A stretch of DNA of 64,000 nucleotides from Marispirochaeta sp. (GTDB taxonomy: Bacteria; Spirochaetota; Spirochaetia; JC444; Marispirochaetaceae), in the NCBI GenBank assembly GCA_963676835.2, contig CAXXFF010000004.1, forward strand, positions 352,001 through 416,000, written 5' to 3'. Below are positions 49,099-57,489 of the stretch, piece by piece (the stretch's first letter is position 1; each line of letters starts with the position of its first letter). The notes below the pieces were generated by a model. That model ran no database searches and had not been told where the DNA came from. It worked only from the letters and a program-made list of their open reading frames with translations. Position numbers and translations under genes: made by a program.

Positions 49099-49791
49099 CT
49101 ATTGTATTTCGACTTTCATAAGATGGTTATAGATTTTCTTCAACTTTAATATTCCTATTACCTTCCCTAAGCCAATAAAGACATATTTCAAGATGAACAA
49201 GCTAAGGATAAAGGGTACCAGACTAATTGCACTTGCCAATTCAACTATTTGCACTGATAGAACCACCGGTGTAATAATCCATTTCAGTAAGTTACCGAAC
49301 AAACAACCTATCGTCCTCTCAAAAGAAAAACCAAAGAAAATGGTAATAAACAATTTTACAGGAATAAATATATAGCTAATCAGCATCCCGAAGGGACTTT
49401 TTATACTCTTTGTTAGAGTATCACTTTCTACACCTGAATTAAAGTGTTCTTTTGAGTAAGTGCTCTGTTGTATTAGTATCTTTATATAGAGAATCAACGT
49501 TAAAAACAGCAGACAGGGATATCCAAATATCAGCATAAAAGCGTTTTTAACCACCCTTAAAATGAAATCTACAGGTTTAAAAACATTAATATCGGATAGA
49601 CTGAATATATCTAATTGGTTTTGTTTAAAGACATCGTTATAAAAGTTACTCTTTTCCAAGAGATGCTTTTTAAAATCGTAAACCTTACTATCCCAGTCGC
49701 CATCCATGAAGTTGTATTGGTTCATGAGGTAAATTTTCTTATTGCAGTTCCGTATTGCTTTAACAAATATATTATTTCGACTTATCTTCAT
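49099..49791 (-). CDS. AT-rich hypothetical membrane protein
   Basis: GAGG SD; several hydrophobic segments; visibly lower GC than its neighbours. Confidence 0.55.
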   Translation of the reverse strand: MKISRNNIFVKAIRNCNKKIYLMNQYNFMDGDWDSKVYDFKKHLLEKSNFYNDVFKQNQLDIFSLSDINVFKPVDFILRVVKNAFMLIFGYPCLLFLTLILYIKILIQQSTYSKEHFNSGVESDTLTKSIKSPFGMLISYIFIPVKLFITIFFGFSFERTIGCLFGNLLKWIITPVVLSVQIVELASAISLVPFILSLFILKYVFIGLGKVIGILKLKKIYNHLMKVEIQ

Positions 49792-49955
49792 ACTTACCTC
49801 AATTTTATGATGAAATATACTGTTTTATAGATTATTGAACCTTTTACAGAGAAAATCAACGGCTAATATACCTTGAAACAGGAAACCGTTATAGATATCA
49901 CCAGCCAGCATCTTTTTAAGTAATTTCCAATCTGTTTTACATGGTATTATACACT

Positions 49956-50864
49956 ATGGGCATTTCCAGACGGATAGACGGAAACCTCATAAAAGACCTC
50001 CCCTCTTTCAGAAAAATTAATCCCTTTGTAATGCGGGGCCGTAACGAATCTGTAATATACTTCTCCCAAACCGTAGACATAACAGAAACTCGCCGATACC
50101 TGAGAGAAGCGAACAAATCCCGCATAGCCGCTCAGCGTCTGGGGCTTTTTCATGTAATTCTGGCTGCAGCTGTCCGTACTGTGGCATTACGCCCCCAGTT
50201 GAACCGCTTTGTTTCGGGACAGCTGATCTATCAGAGAAACCGGCTGCAGATCTCTTTTATGGTAAAAAAGGAGATGACCGACGAGGGACAGGAGACAAAC
50301 GCCAAGATTACCTTTTCGCCCCTGGATACTCTTGATGATGTTCAGAAGCGGACCAGTCATGCAATAGACGGATCCAGAAATATTGAGGGCAACGTAAGTG
50401 ATCATGAGGTTGATTTCTTCGGCAGACTTCCCCGGTTTATGATCAACATGGTGGTAAAGGCCTTCCGCTTTCTCGATTACTTCGGCCTTGCACCGAATAA
50501 AATGGTTGAGATTGATCCTCTATTTACCAGTATTTACGCCGCACATCTGGGAAGCCTCGGACTGGATGCAGCATTTCATCATCTGTATGAGTGGGGCAAT
50601 GCGTCTTTATTCATGGTAATCGGGAAAGTTTATCGCGGTATTTTTACCGATAAAAACGGTTCCATCCGAACATCTCCGGCGGTGGACATAAACTTTACCC
50701 TGGATGACCGCATATCCGAGGGGATCTATACCGGCAAGGCACTATCTCTTTTTCAGGAATTTCTGCAAAACCCGGTGCTTCTACAGGAGCCTCCGGATCT
50801 TTCAAGTGAGCTTATAGAAGAGCTTAATCTCCTGCCGGTGGAACCGCCGCCTGAACCCCGCTGA
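49956..50864 (+). CDS. Stand-alone 2-oxoacid dehydrogenase E2-like acyltransferase domain
   Basis: RPQLNRFV, HLGSLGLDA.FHHLYEWG, FTLDDRISEG; no lipoyl domain. Confidence 0.8.
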   Translation: MGISRRIDGNLIKDLPSFRKINPFVMRGRNESVIYFSQTVDITETRRYLREANKSRIAAQRLGLFHVILAAAVRTVALRPQLNRFVSGQLIYQRNRLQISFMVKKEMTDEGQETNAKITFSPLDTLDDVQKRTSHAIDGSRNIEGNVSDHEVDFFGRLPRFMINMVVKAFRFLDYFGLAPNKMVEIDPLFTSIYAAHLGSLGLDAAFHHLYEWGNASLFMVIGKVYRGIFTDKNGSIRTSPAVDINFTLDDRISEGIYTGKALSLFQEFLQNPVLLQEPPDLSSELIEELNLLPVEPPPEPR

Positions 50865-51549
50865 CAAACAGCAGCCCAGGCAGGCTGAAGGCCATAATCC
50901 CGTTCGTCCCGATAATACCCTCCACAGGTTTAAACGAAAACCCTGCATCAGGAACATCAATTCTTATACGGCCCCCGTCAGCAACCCGGTAAGTTCCGGT
51001 AATATCAGCTTCCGCCGAGTGAAGTGCAAGGGTTCCATCGGAATAGAAATCCATTCCTGTCCATACAGATGAACCCATCGCCTTCCAGCGCAGATTCTGC
51101 AGCAGATACCGGGCATCCTGCATTCCGGATGGATCAAACCCGGCAATCCGGTAAAAGCGGTATTCATCCTGAAGGGCAGTCAGATCCGGGTCAGACAGCA
51201 TTTTGTCGCGATAGGAAGACCGCAGCCGTACACTCCTCTCCAGCGCGTTGAACGCTTTCGGCGCCAGCTCCTCCCTTCTTTCCGGATCGCGCTGAATAAG
51301 GATTGCCGCAGTGCAGGCATAATTATACCAGCCATAGACGTAGGAGGAGTCAGCCTCCACCGCTGCTTCAAAAAGGGGAAGAGCGTCGGCAAACTGCTGT
51401 TCAGAGTAAAGAGTAAAACCCCGCTCATTCAGCTCCACCGCCGCAGCATGGTCCGTACCCGGAAGAGCCGCGAGACTGTTCAGGCAGAACAGAAAGACAA
51501 GCATGAATATTAGGAGAAACAGTAAACCTGAACGAAACAATCCGGCCAT
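50824..51549 (-). CDS. TPR-containing exported protein
   Basis: LNERGF.LY....F..A...F..A, WYNYAC, MLSDPDL; start uncertain. Confidence 0.7.
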   Translation of the reverse strand: MAGLFRSGLLFLLIFMLVFLFCLNSLAALPGTDHAAAVELNERGFTLYSEQQFADALPLFEAAVEADSSYVYGWYNYACTAAILIQRDPERREELAPKAFNALERSVRLRSSYRDKMLSDPDLTALQDEYRFYRIAGFDPSGMQDARYLLQNLRWKAMGSSVWTGMDFYSDGTLALHSAEADITGTYRVADGGRIRIDVPDAGFSFKPVEGIIGTNGIMAFSLPGLLFVSGVQAAVPPAGD

Positions 51550-51616
51550 AGCCGCAAGTCTACGCAGGTCTCCGGCTAAAAGCAAGCCGGGCTCTTTCCA
51601 TCCAGGTTTTTCCTGC

Positions 51617-52885
51617 CTAGACTTTCCCTGGTCTGGACGCATAGAAGAACGCACCCGCCGCAGCTGTAGATACCAGGGCCATAAAAAGAAAGCCATCCTG
51701 CAGACTCTTATGCTGCCCGATAAAGCCCACCAGGGGAAACATCATTATCATCATCAGAGAAAACACCATGCTCTGAAAACTGAGAACCGTTGCACGGTAG
51801 GCCGACGGAATGAGCCTGTTTATGTACCCGCTTACGGAAACCAGCAGCAGCCCCTCAAAAAAACCGGAACAGATAAAGAAGAGCGCAGGCACAGGCGTCA
51901 AAGCAATACCCCACATGCACCCCGCCACCAGCACCGGGGCCAGCAGCAGAAGACGGCGCTCACCCAGGCGGGCATCAACCTTAGAAGCCAGCAAGCTCGT
52001 AACACCCGCAACACTGCACTGTAGGGCGAAAACAACACCGATATAAAACTCTGTACGGCCGCCGTTTTTCCAGAAATTCTGCAAATAGAAGAAAGCGGTG
52101 GTGGCAAATACAAAGGGAACCTCGCTGCAGAGAATAAGGAATGCAATTCTCGGGCGCTTCCGGATTACCCCCAGGCTTAAAAAAGTCTGTTTTATAAGCG
52201 TTGCCGCCCCCGGGATTCTTTCACTTACTTCTTTTTTTTCTTCCTGTCCTTTTTTGCTTCTTTTCTCCATGAACGGAGGTTCCGTAAAAAATATACCCAC
52301 AATCAATGCGGCCAGTACCAGCACAGCCGTACCGAGAAAATTGATTTCAACATGATTAACCGCCAGATAACCGCCCGCAAGAAAAGCAGTAACCGAAGCC
52401 GTCTGTATAACGAACTCCAGCCGCCCCTTAACCCGCAGATACGCATTTTCCCGGCCCAGGATTTTCATGGAATCATACAGCAGTGCCTCTCCTGAACCCG
52501 ACTCCAGATTATAGTTGACTGCACAGAGCACAAAGCCGATTAACTGCAGCGAAAAACTGCGGCTGAAAAACATAAATAACAGACTGGCAAGAAAAAACAG
52601 CCGTCCCGCGAGCCTGCTTGCCTTTCTGCCCCATAAATCCGCCACAGCCCCGGTGGGGACCTCCATAACAAGTGAGGTAACATGGAACACAGACTCAAAA
52701 ATGCCGAGCTGAATAAGGGAGAATCCCCGGAATGCCAGAAAAATCATCCAGATTCCCCGGGTAAGATCCGAGAAAAACAGGAAACTGTAAATATAGTTGA
52801 GATAGATATTGGCGGACAGCCTTTTACGGCTGTCACCTTTCGGCAGTAAATTCATTCCAACCCTCACCTGATCGTATCCTGACAC
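51617..52885 (-). CDS. MFS transporter
   Basis: EVPTGAVADLWGRK, SGSGEALLYDS, RATVLSF; start could be 52855. Confidence 0.9.
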   Translation of the reverse strand: MSGYDQVRVGMNLLPKGDSRKRLSANIYLNYIYSFLFFSDLTRGIWMIFLAFRGFSLIQLGIFESVFHVTSLVMEVPTGAVADLWGRKASRLAGRLFFLASLLFMFFSRSFSLQLIGFVLCAVNYNLESGSGEALLYDSMKILGRENAYLRVKGRLEFVIQTASVTAFLAGGYLAVNHVEINFLGTAVLVLAALIVGIFFTEPPFMEKRSKKGQEEKKEVSERIPGAATLIKQTFLSLGVIRKRPRIAFLILCSEVPFVFATTAFFYLQNFWKNGGRTEFYIGVVFALQCSVAGVTSLLASKVDARLGERRLLLLAPVLVAGCMWGIALTPVPALFFICSGFFEGLLLVSVSGYINRLIPSAYRATVLSFQSMVFSLMMIMMFPLVGFIGQHKSLQDGFLFMALVSTAAAGAFFYASRPGKV

Positions 52886-52933
52886 AAATACGGAGTGTTA
52901 AAGGGATTCCTGACTTTTTAAGGGTTACCCCTT

Positions 52934-52955
52934 CTCTTCAGCCGGATTGGAATCG
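52934..52955 (+). repeat. Left 22-bp direct repeat
   Basis: CTCTTCAGCCGGATTGGAATCG, identical to 60606-60627. Confidence 0.9.
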
Positions 52956-53120
52956 ACAGTTTTATCTTATCATGGATCCCGGGTAGAAAAAAGACCAATG
53001 CTGCTGCCTGTTAACGCTTTTAAGCTCTGTCGCCATAGCCGACAAAGTCCCATTGCAATTGCGTTTTCATGGAAAAATACACCCGTATGTTCCTGGATCG
53101 ATCTTTTGTGCCATTGTCAC

Positions 53121-54728
53121 TTATGGCAGCTCCTTCAAGCCCAGCTCCCTCAAGAATTTATTATGTGCCGCCTTCGCACTGGCTATTTTCTTTTCAATAT
53201 CCACAAGCTCTTCATTCACCTCTGCAATATCGATAATCGGCTCTGGCTTCGCGGTGCTCACATACCGTGAAATATTAAGGTTATAGTCGTTCTTTTCAAT
53301 CTCTGTCATCGATACACAGCGGGAATAACGTTCTTCTTCCCTTCGGTATTGGTACGTATCGATAACTTTATTCAGGTGCTCTTCAGAAAGATAATTCTGC
53401 CCCTTCCCTTTTTCGAAATACTCACTGGCATTGATAAACAGAACATCATCAAACTTTTTACACTTCTTCAGAACAAGGATACAAACCGGAATGCCCGTTG
53501 AGAAAAAGAGATTCGCAGGCAGGCCGATAACGGTATCGATATTGCCATCAATGAGCAATTTTGTACGAATTCGTTCTTCCACTCCACTGCGAAACAAGAC
53601 ACCATGGGGAAGAATTATAGCCATGGTTCCTTCATCGCTCAGAAAATGAAACCCGTGCAACAAGAATGCAAAATCGGCTGCAGATTTTGGCGCAAGTCCA
53701 TAGCTTTTAAACCGGAAATCATCTGCCAAGGAATCATTTGGCTCCCAGCGGTAACTGAAAGGGGGATTTGCCACCACAGCGTCACATTCCAGCTTTTTTG
53801 CCGGGTTCAGTTCGTTTAAAATATCCCAGTCGTTGAGCAGAGAATCCCCATGGTAGATATGAAATTCCGTATCTTTCAAACCATGGAGCAGCATATTCAT
53901 CCGTGCAAGGTTGTAGGTGGTAATATTTTTTTCCTGCCCATATATCTGACCGATATTATTAGCTCCGAGCTGTTTTCTTACATTTAACAGAAGAGAGCCG
54001 GACCCGCAGGCAAAATCAAGTACTTTCTTAAGCTTCTTTTTTTTGCCCGAAGCGGGATTCTGGCTGTCCAATGTAACAATATGGGAGAGTATGCTTGAAA
54101 TCTGCTGGGGTGTATAAAACTCACCGGCTTTTTTCCCCGACCCGGAAGCGAATTGTCCAATCAGGTATTCGTAGGCATCGCCCAGAATGTCACTTTCTGT
54201 TGAAAACTCGGAAAGTCCTTCAGCTATTTTTGTTACAATTGTGCAGAGTTTGGCATTTCGAGCGGAATAGTTTTTGCCGAGTTTTTCTGAATCCAGGTTA
54301 ATTTCTGAGAACAGGCCCTGAAAGGTGCTTTCAAAGGAATCATTTTCGACATGCTTGAATCCGGCTTGCAGTGTTTTTAAGAGGTCGTCGCTCTGGGTTC
54401 TTGCCAGTTCGTAGATACTGCTCCAAAGGTATTCAGGACGAATAATGTAATGGACTTTACGGCGCATCTGTTTTTCGAATACTTCAGTGTCAGCCTTGTT
54501 TTCTTCATACCAGACAGAAAGGGGTGTTCTTTTGTCGTTATCCTCCAAAGCCGGATAGTCTTTACCCAGCTCTTTTTCTGCCGCAACTTCATAGTTATCC
54601 GAGAGGTAGCGTAAAAACAGGAAGGAGAGCATATAGTCACGGAAGTCATCGGCATTCATGGCTCCACGGAGTTGATCGGCTATTTTCCAGAGGGTGGCGC
54701 CTAATTGTTGTTGTAGTGTATCAGTCAT
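53121..54728 (-). CDS. hsdM: Type I R-M methyltransferase subunit
   Basis: LWKIADQLRG, GEFYTP, DFACGSG, ANPPF, HGVLFR. Confidence 0.97.
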   Translation of the reverse strand: MTDTLQQQLGATLWKIADQLRGAMNADDFRDYMLSFLFLRYLSDNYEVAAEKELGKDYPALEDNDKRTPLSVWYEENKADTEVFEKQMRRKVHYIIRPEYLWSSIYELARTQSDDLLKTLQAGFKHVENDSFESTFQGLFSEINLDSEKLGKNYSARNAKLCTIVTKIAEGLSEFSTESDILGDAYEYLIGQFASGSGKKAGEFYTPQQISSILSHIVTLDSQNPASGKKKKLKKVLDFACGSGSLLLNVRKQLGANNIGQIYGQEKNITTYNLARMNMLLHGLKDTEFHIYHGDSLLNDWDILNELNPAKKLECDAVVANPPFSYRWEPNDSLADDFRFKSYGLAPKSAADFAFLLHGFHFLSDEGTMAIILPHGVLFRSGVEERIRTKLLIDGNIDTVIGLPANLFFSTGIPVCILVLKKCKKFDDVLFINASEYFEKGKGQNYLSEEHLNKVIDTYQYRREEERYSRCVSMTEIEKNDYNLNISRYVSTAKPEPIIDIAEVNEELVDIEKKIASAKAAHNKFLRELGLKELP

Positions 54729-55176
54729 TGTTTATCCTTGTTAATCTTATCTGTAGTTTCCATTACTCTTTGCAGTTCGCGTTCAAGTTCGTCACGGTTT
54801 GGCAGATAGAGCTGGTAACGGCTGACAAACAATTGATTGGAAATATGTTCGGTATGCTCCAGGTCAATTTGTGAGACAATGTCTCACCTTTTGGGAAAAC
54901 CAAATAAAACCGCCTCATATAGGTCAGGTTAGAACGGCTGAATCCCTTTCCGTACCTACTGGTCAGGTCTTTCGAAAGACGCAGCAACAATTCCGCACCA
55001 TATTGAGCTCGGTCCGAACCACCCTGTTCAAACTCGACGATATGAAGTCCGATTTCCCAATTGGTTTCAACGAGCATAGTGTTTATTCGCTCAAAGGCTC
55101 TCTTGCGGCCTTCGTTTAGGGGTGAACCGATGGTTACTATCAGGGACGCATAATTGTTCTGAATTTCACTGCTCAT
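54725..55176 (-). pseudogene. Internally deleted, frameshifted YhcG/DUF1016 paralogue
   Basis: N-terminal NWEIG..IVEFEQ.G..RA.YG...GFS.SNL..MR.FY...LTWS is joined out of frame to C-terminal ISNQLFVSRYQLYLP...DKQ*, whose TGA overlaps the hsdM ATG. Confidence 0.8.
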
Positions 55177-56468
55177 TCTCCCGCCTCATCAACTGATGGG
55201 AACAGTCCTTGCATCAAGCTTTTTTTGTGGGTTTTGAGAGCTTGGATTTTTTTAGATTGGACGGTGATGTGGTCATCGAGAGAAGAGAGGCAATCTGCTA
55301 TTATTTGTTGCTCTGGAATACTTGGGAGCCTAAATTTTGTTGAAGAGACTTCTGATTGACCAATTGTTGTCATTGTTGCTGTTTTAGCTTTAGATATCAG
55401 TTGGAATCGTACTAAATTAGTTTTTAGAACATAATGCAAAAACAATGGGAATATTAACTTTTGATTTGGTCTTAATCGAATTACATGACCATCAAAAGTT
55501 ACATCATCAGAGGAACCCAAATATATATTTGATTGGGCAATTCCCTCTTTTACTAAAGATGATCGAGTAAAAAATATATCACCATACTCAACTTTATTTT
55601 TTTCAAATTCGTTTTTCGATATATCCAGCAATGATAATTTTTTTTCATCAATTGTAGTATTATAATACATATCTAAAACATTAATAAGCTTGTACCCACT
55701 ACCGACCTTTTTGGGATCGTTAAAAACACCATTTGTCAATTTTTCTTCAGCTATATCAATCATTGATTTCGAAGACCACTCCCCCTGACCCCGAAACTCC
55801 GGAAATCGCAATTCCGGTACGGTTTTCCCTTCAGCGGGAAAAAGCTTTTGCATCAGTCCTTTTTTATGGGAGTTATAAGCTTCGAGTTTATTTGCTTCAA
55901 CGCTGATAAGTTCATCCAGAGACGTAAGGCAATCGGCAATTTTTTGCTGTTCGGAAGGATCAGGTACAACTATTTCCCCACCCAAAACAGCAAAGTTATT
56001 TACCTTCATGTCATTTTTCGCACCTTTTCTAACAATTGGTTGTAAATAGCTGTTCAAGTTATAATCATTTGAAAAATAAAAATCTAAATAGGTTGAATTT
56101 CCTTTATCTGTAGGACGGTAAACAGCATAAAGAGTAGAAACAATCCCTGGCTTGCCTTTATTTTCTTTAATTATTCCAAATGGGTTCTGTTTTAATGGAC
56201 TTTTTGTATAAACGATATCCCCAGTCTCAACTACATGATAATCCTTTACACTGGCACCAGCGTATGAGCGTCCAAGCAACTCAATTTGATTTACGCAACC
56301 ATAATCCCCAGATACAGAAAGAACCTGTTCTCGACTAAATTTTAAATCTCGATTCCGAGTTTTTGTTTCTGTAAGTAGTTCACTTAAAGGTTTTTCTTCC
56401 CACTCTCCGCTATCCCGAAACTCCGGAAACCTGTATCTCGGCACCAGCGCCTTCTTATTCCTACTCAT
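55173..56468 (-). CDS. hsdS: Type I R-M specificity subunit (two TRDs)
   Basis: Repeated P..RFPEF....W and EQ.KIA.CL.SLD...KK.LMQ.LFP conserved blocks; start moved to 56468. Confidence 0.95.
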   Translation of the reverse strand: MSRNKKALVPRYRFPEFRDSGEWEEKPLSELLTETKTRNRDLKFSREQVLSVSGDYGCVNQIELLGRSYAGASVKDYHVVETGDIVYTKSPLKQNPFGIIKENKGKPGIVSTLYAVYRPTDKGNSTYLDFYFSNDYNLNSYLQPIVRKGAKNDMKVNNFAVLGGEIVVPDPSEQQKIADCLTSLDELISVEANKLEAYNSHKKGLMQKLFPAEGKTVPELRFPEFRGQGEWSSKSMIDIAEEKLTNGVFNDPKKVGSGYKLINVLDMYYNTTIDEKKLSLLDISKNEFEKNKVEYGDIFFTRSSLVKEGIAQSNIYLGSSDDVTFDGHVIRLRPNQKLIFPLFLHYVLKTNLVRFQLISKAKTATMTTIGQSEVSSTKFRLPSIPEQQIIADCLSSLDDHITVQSKKIQALKTHKKSLMQGLFPSVDEAGE

Positions 56469-57471
56469 CATCCTCATCCCAAGGTTGCTCAACAAGCAGT
56501 TCACGCAATTTTTCCCGTATCAGCTTTTTATCCGGCAGCTTCAACTGATACTCAGCAATCAAAGCAGGCGACAAATTACGGGAAAGCGCATATTCCACAA
56601 CCTCATCATCCTTATCATGGCAAAGCAGTACACCAATGCTCGGATTTTCATGAGGCTTCTTAACATCTCTGTCCAGAGCCTCCAGATAAAAACCAAGCTG
56701 CCCCAGATGTTCCGGTTTAAACTTACCTATCTTCAATTCAAATGCAATCAGAGCAGAAAGCTCCCGGTGAAAAAATAAAAGATCAATGAAAAAATCCTGG
56801 TTGCCAACCTGCAGACGGTACTCTTCACTTATAAAAATAAAGTCTCTACCCAGCTCGAGGATAAAGGCTTTCATATTATTTACAAGAGACCTTTTCAAGT
56901 CATTTTCGCTATGAATCTCCGGCAGCCCCAAAAACTCAAGTACATAATTATCTTTAAAAATATGTCGTATATTGGATTGAGATTCTCTCAACACCGGTGA
57001 GACATTTGTGCTGCCCGACACAGCCCGCTCAAAGTAAGCTGAATCAATTTGCCGTTCCAGCTCGCGCTTGCTCAGTTTATTATTTATTACCAGACGAACA
57101 TAAAATTCTCTCTCTGCGTCTTCTTTACATCGTGAGAAAATAGCAAGATTATGCGACCAGGGTAATTCTCTCACCAGCGGTGAGAGTTTTTCATTTTCAT
57201 GGTAGGTTTCGTAAAACTGCTTCATCCGCCAGAGGTTTTTATCGCTGAAACCTCTTATTCCCGGGTCATTGGCAACAATATACCGGGACAGCTCATTTAC
57301 AACGCCTTTCCCCCAATCAGCCGATTTTACCTTATTGCTGATATACTTTCCTATCTGCCAGTACAACTCAATGAGAGTGGTGTTCATCTGACTGTATGCT
57401 TTCTGACGCTGCTGGTGTATCAAGGCGAGAAGAGCATCAAAATCTTTTTGCGTAGGACTTTTATCACTCAT
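56461..57471 (-). CDS. YhcG/DUF1016 PD-(D/E)XK nuclease-domain protein
   Basis: LYWQIG, GFS..NLWRMKQFY, LPWSH, KDNYVLEFLGL, IDLLFFH.....FELK, GQL.FY, YQLKLP. Confidence 0.9.
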   Translation of the reverse strand: MSDKSPTQKDFDALLALIHQQRQKAYSQMNTTLIELYWQIGKYISNKVKSADWGKGVVNELSRYIVANDPGIRGFSDKNLWRMKQFYETYHENEKLSPLVRELPWSHNLAIFSRCKEDAEREFYVRLVINNKLSKRELERQIDSAYFERAVSGSTNVSPVLRESQSNIRHIFKDNYVLEFLGLPEIHSENDLKRSLVNNMKAFILELGRDFIFISEEYRLQVGNQDFFIDLLFFHRELSALIAFELKIGKFKPEHLGQLGFYLEALDRDVKKPHENPSIGVLLCHDKDDEVVEYALSRNLSPALIAEYQLKLPDKKLIREKLRELLVEQPWDEDDE

Positions 57472-57489
57472 ATACTTTATCCATGAGCT

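Noticed and set aside
52934..52955. Direct repeat as a tRNA/tmRNA 3' end or a CRISPR repeat
   Set aside because: No cloverleaf, T-loop or CCA; only two copies, 7.7 kb apart.
52960..53120. Possible remnant of a gene after hsdM (MAQKIDPGTYGCIFP*)
   Set aside because: Too short to support; the resemblance to AAA-ATPase N-termini is only suggestive.
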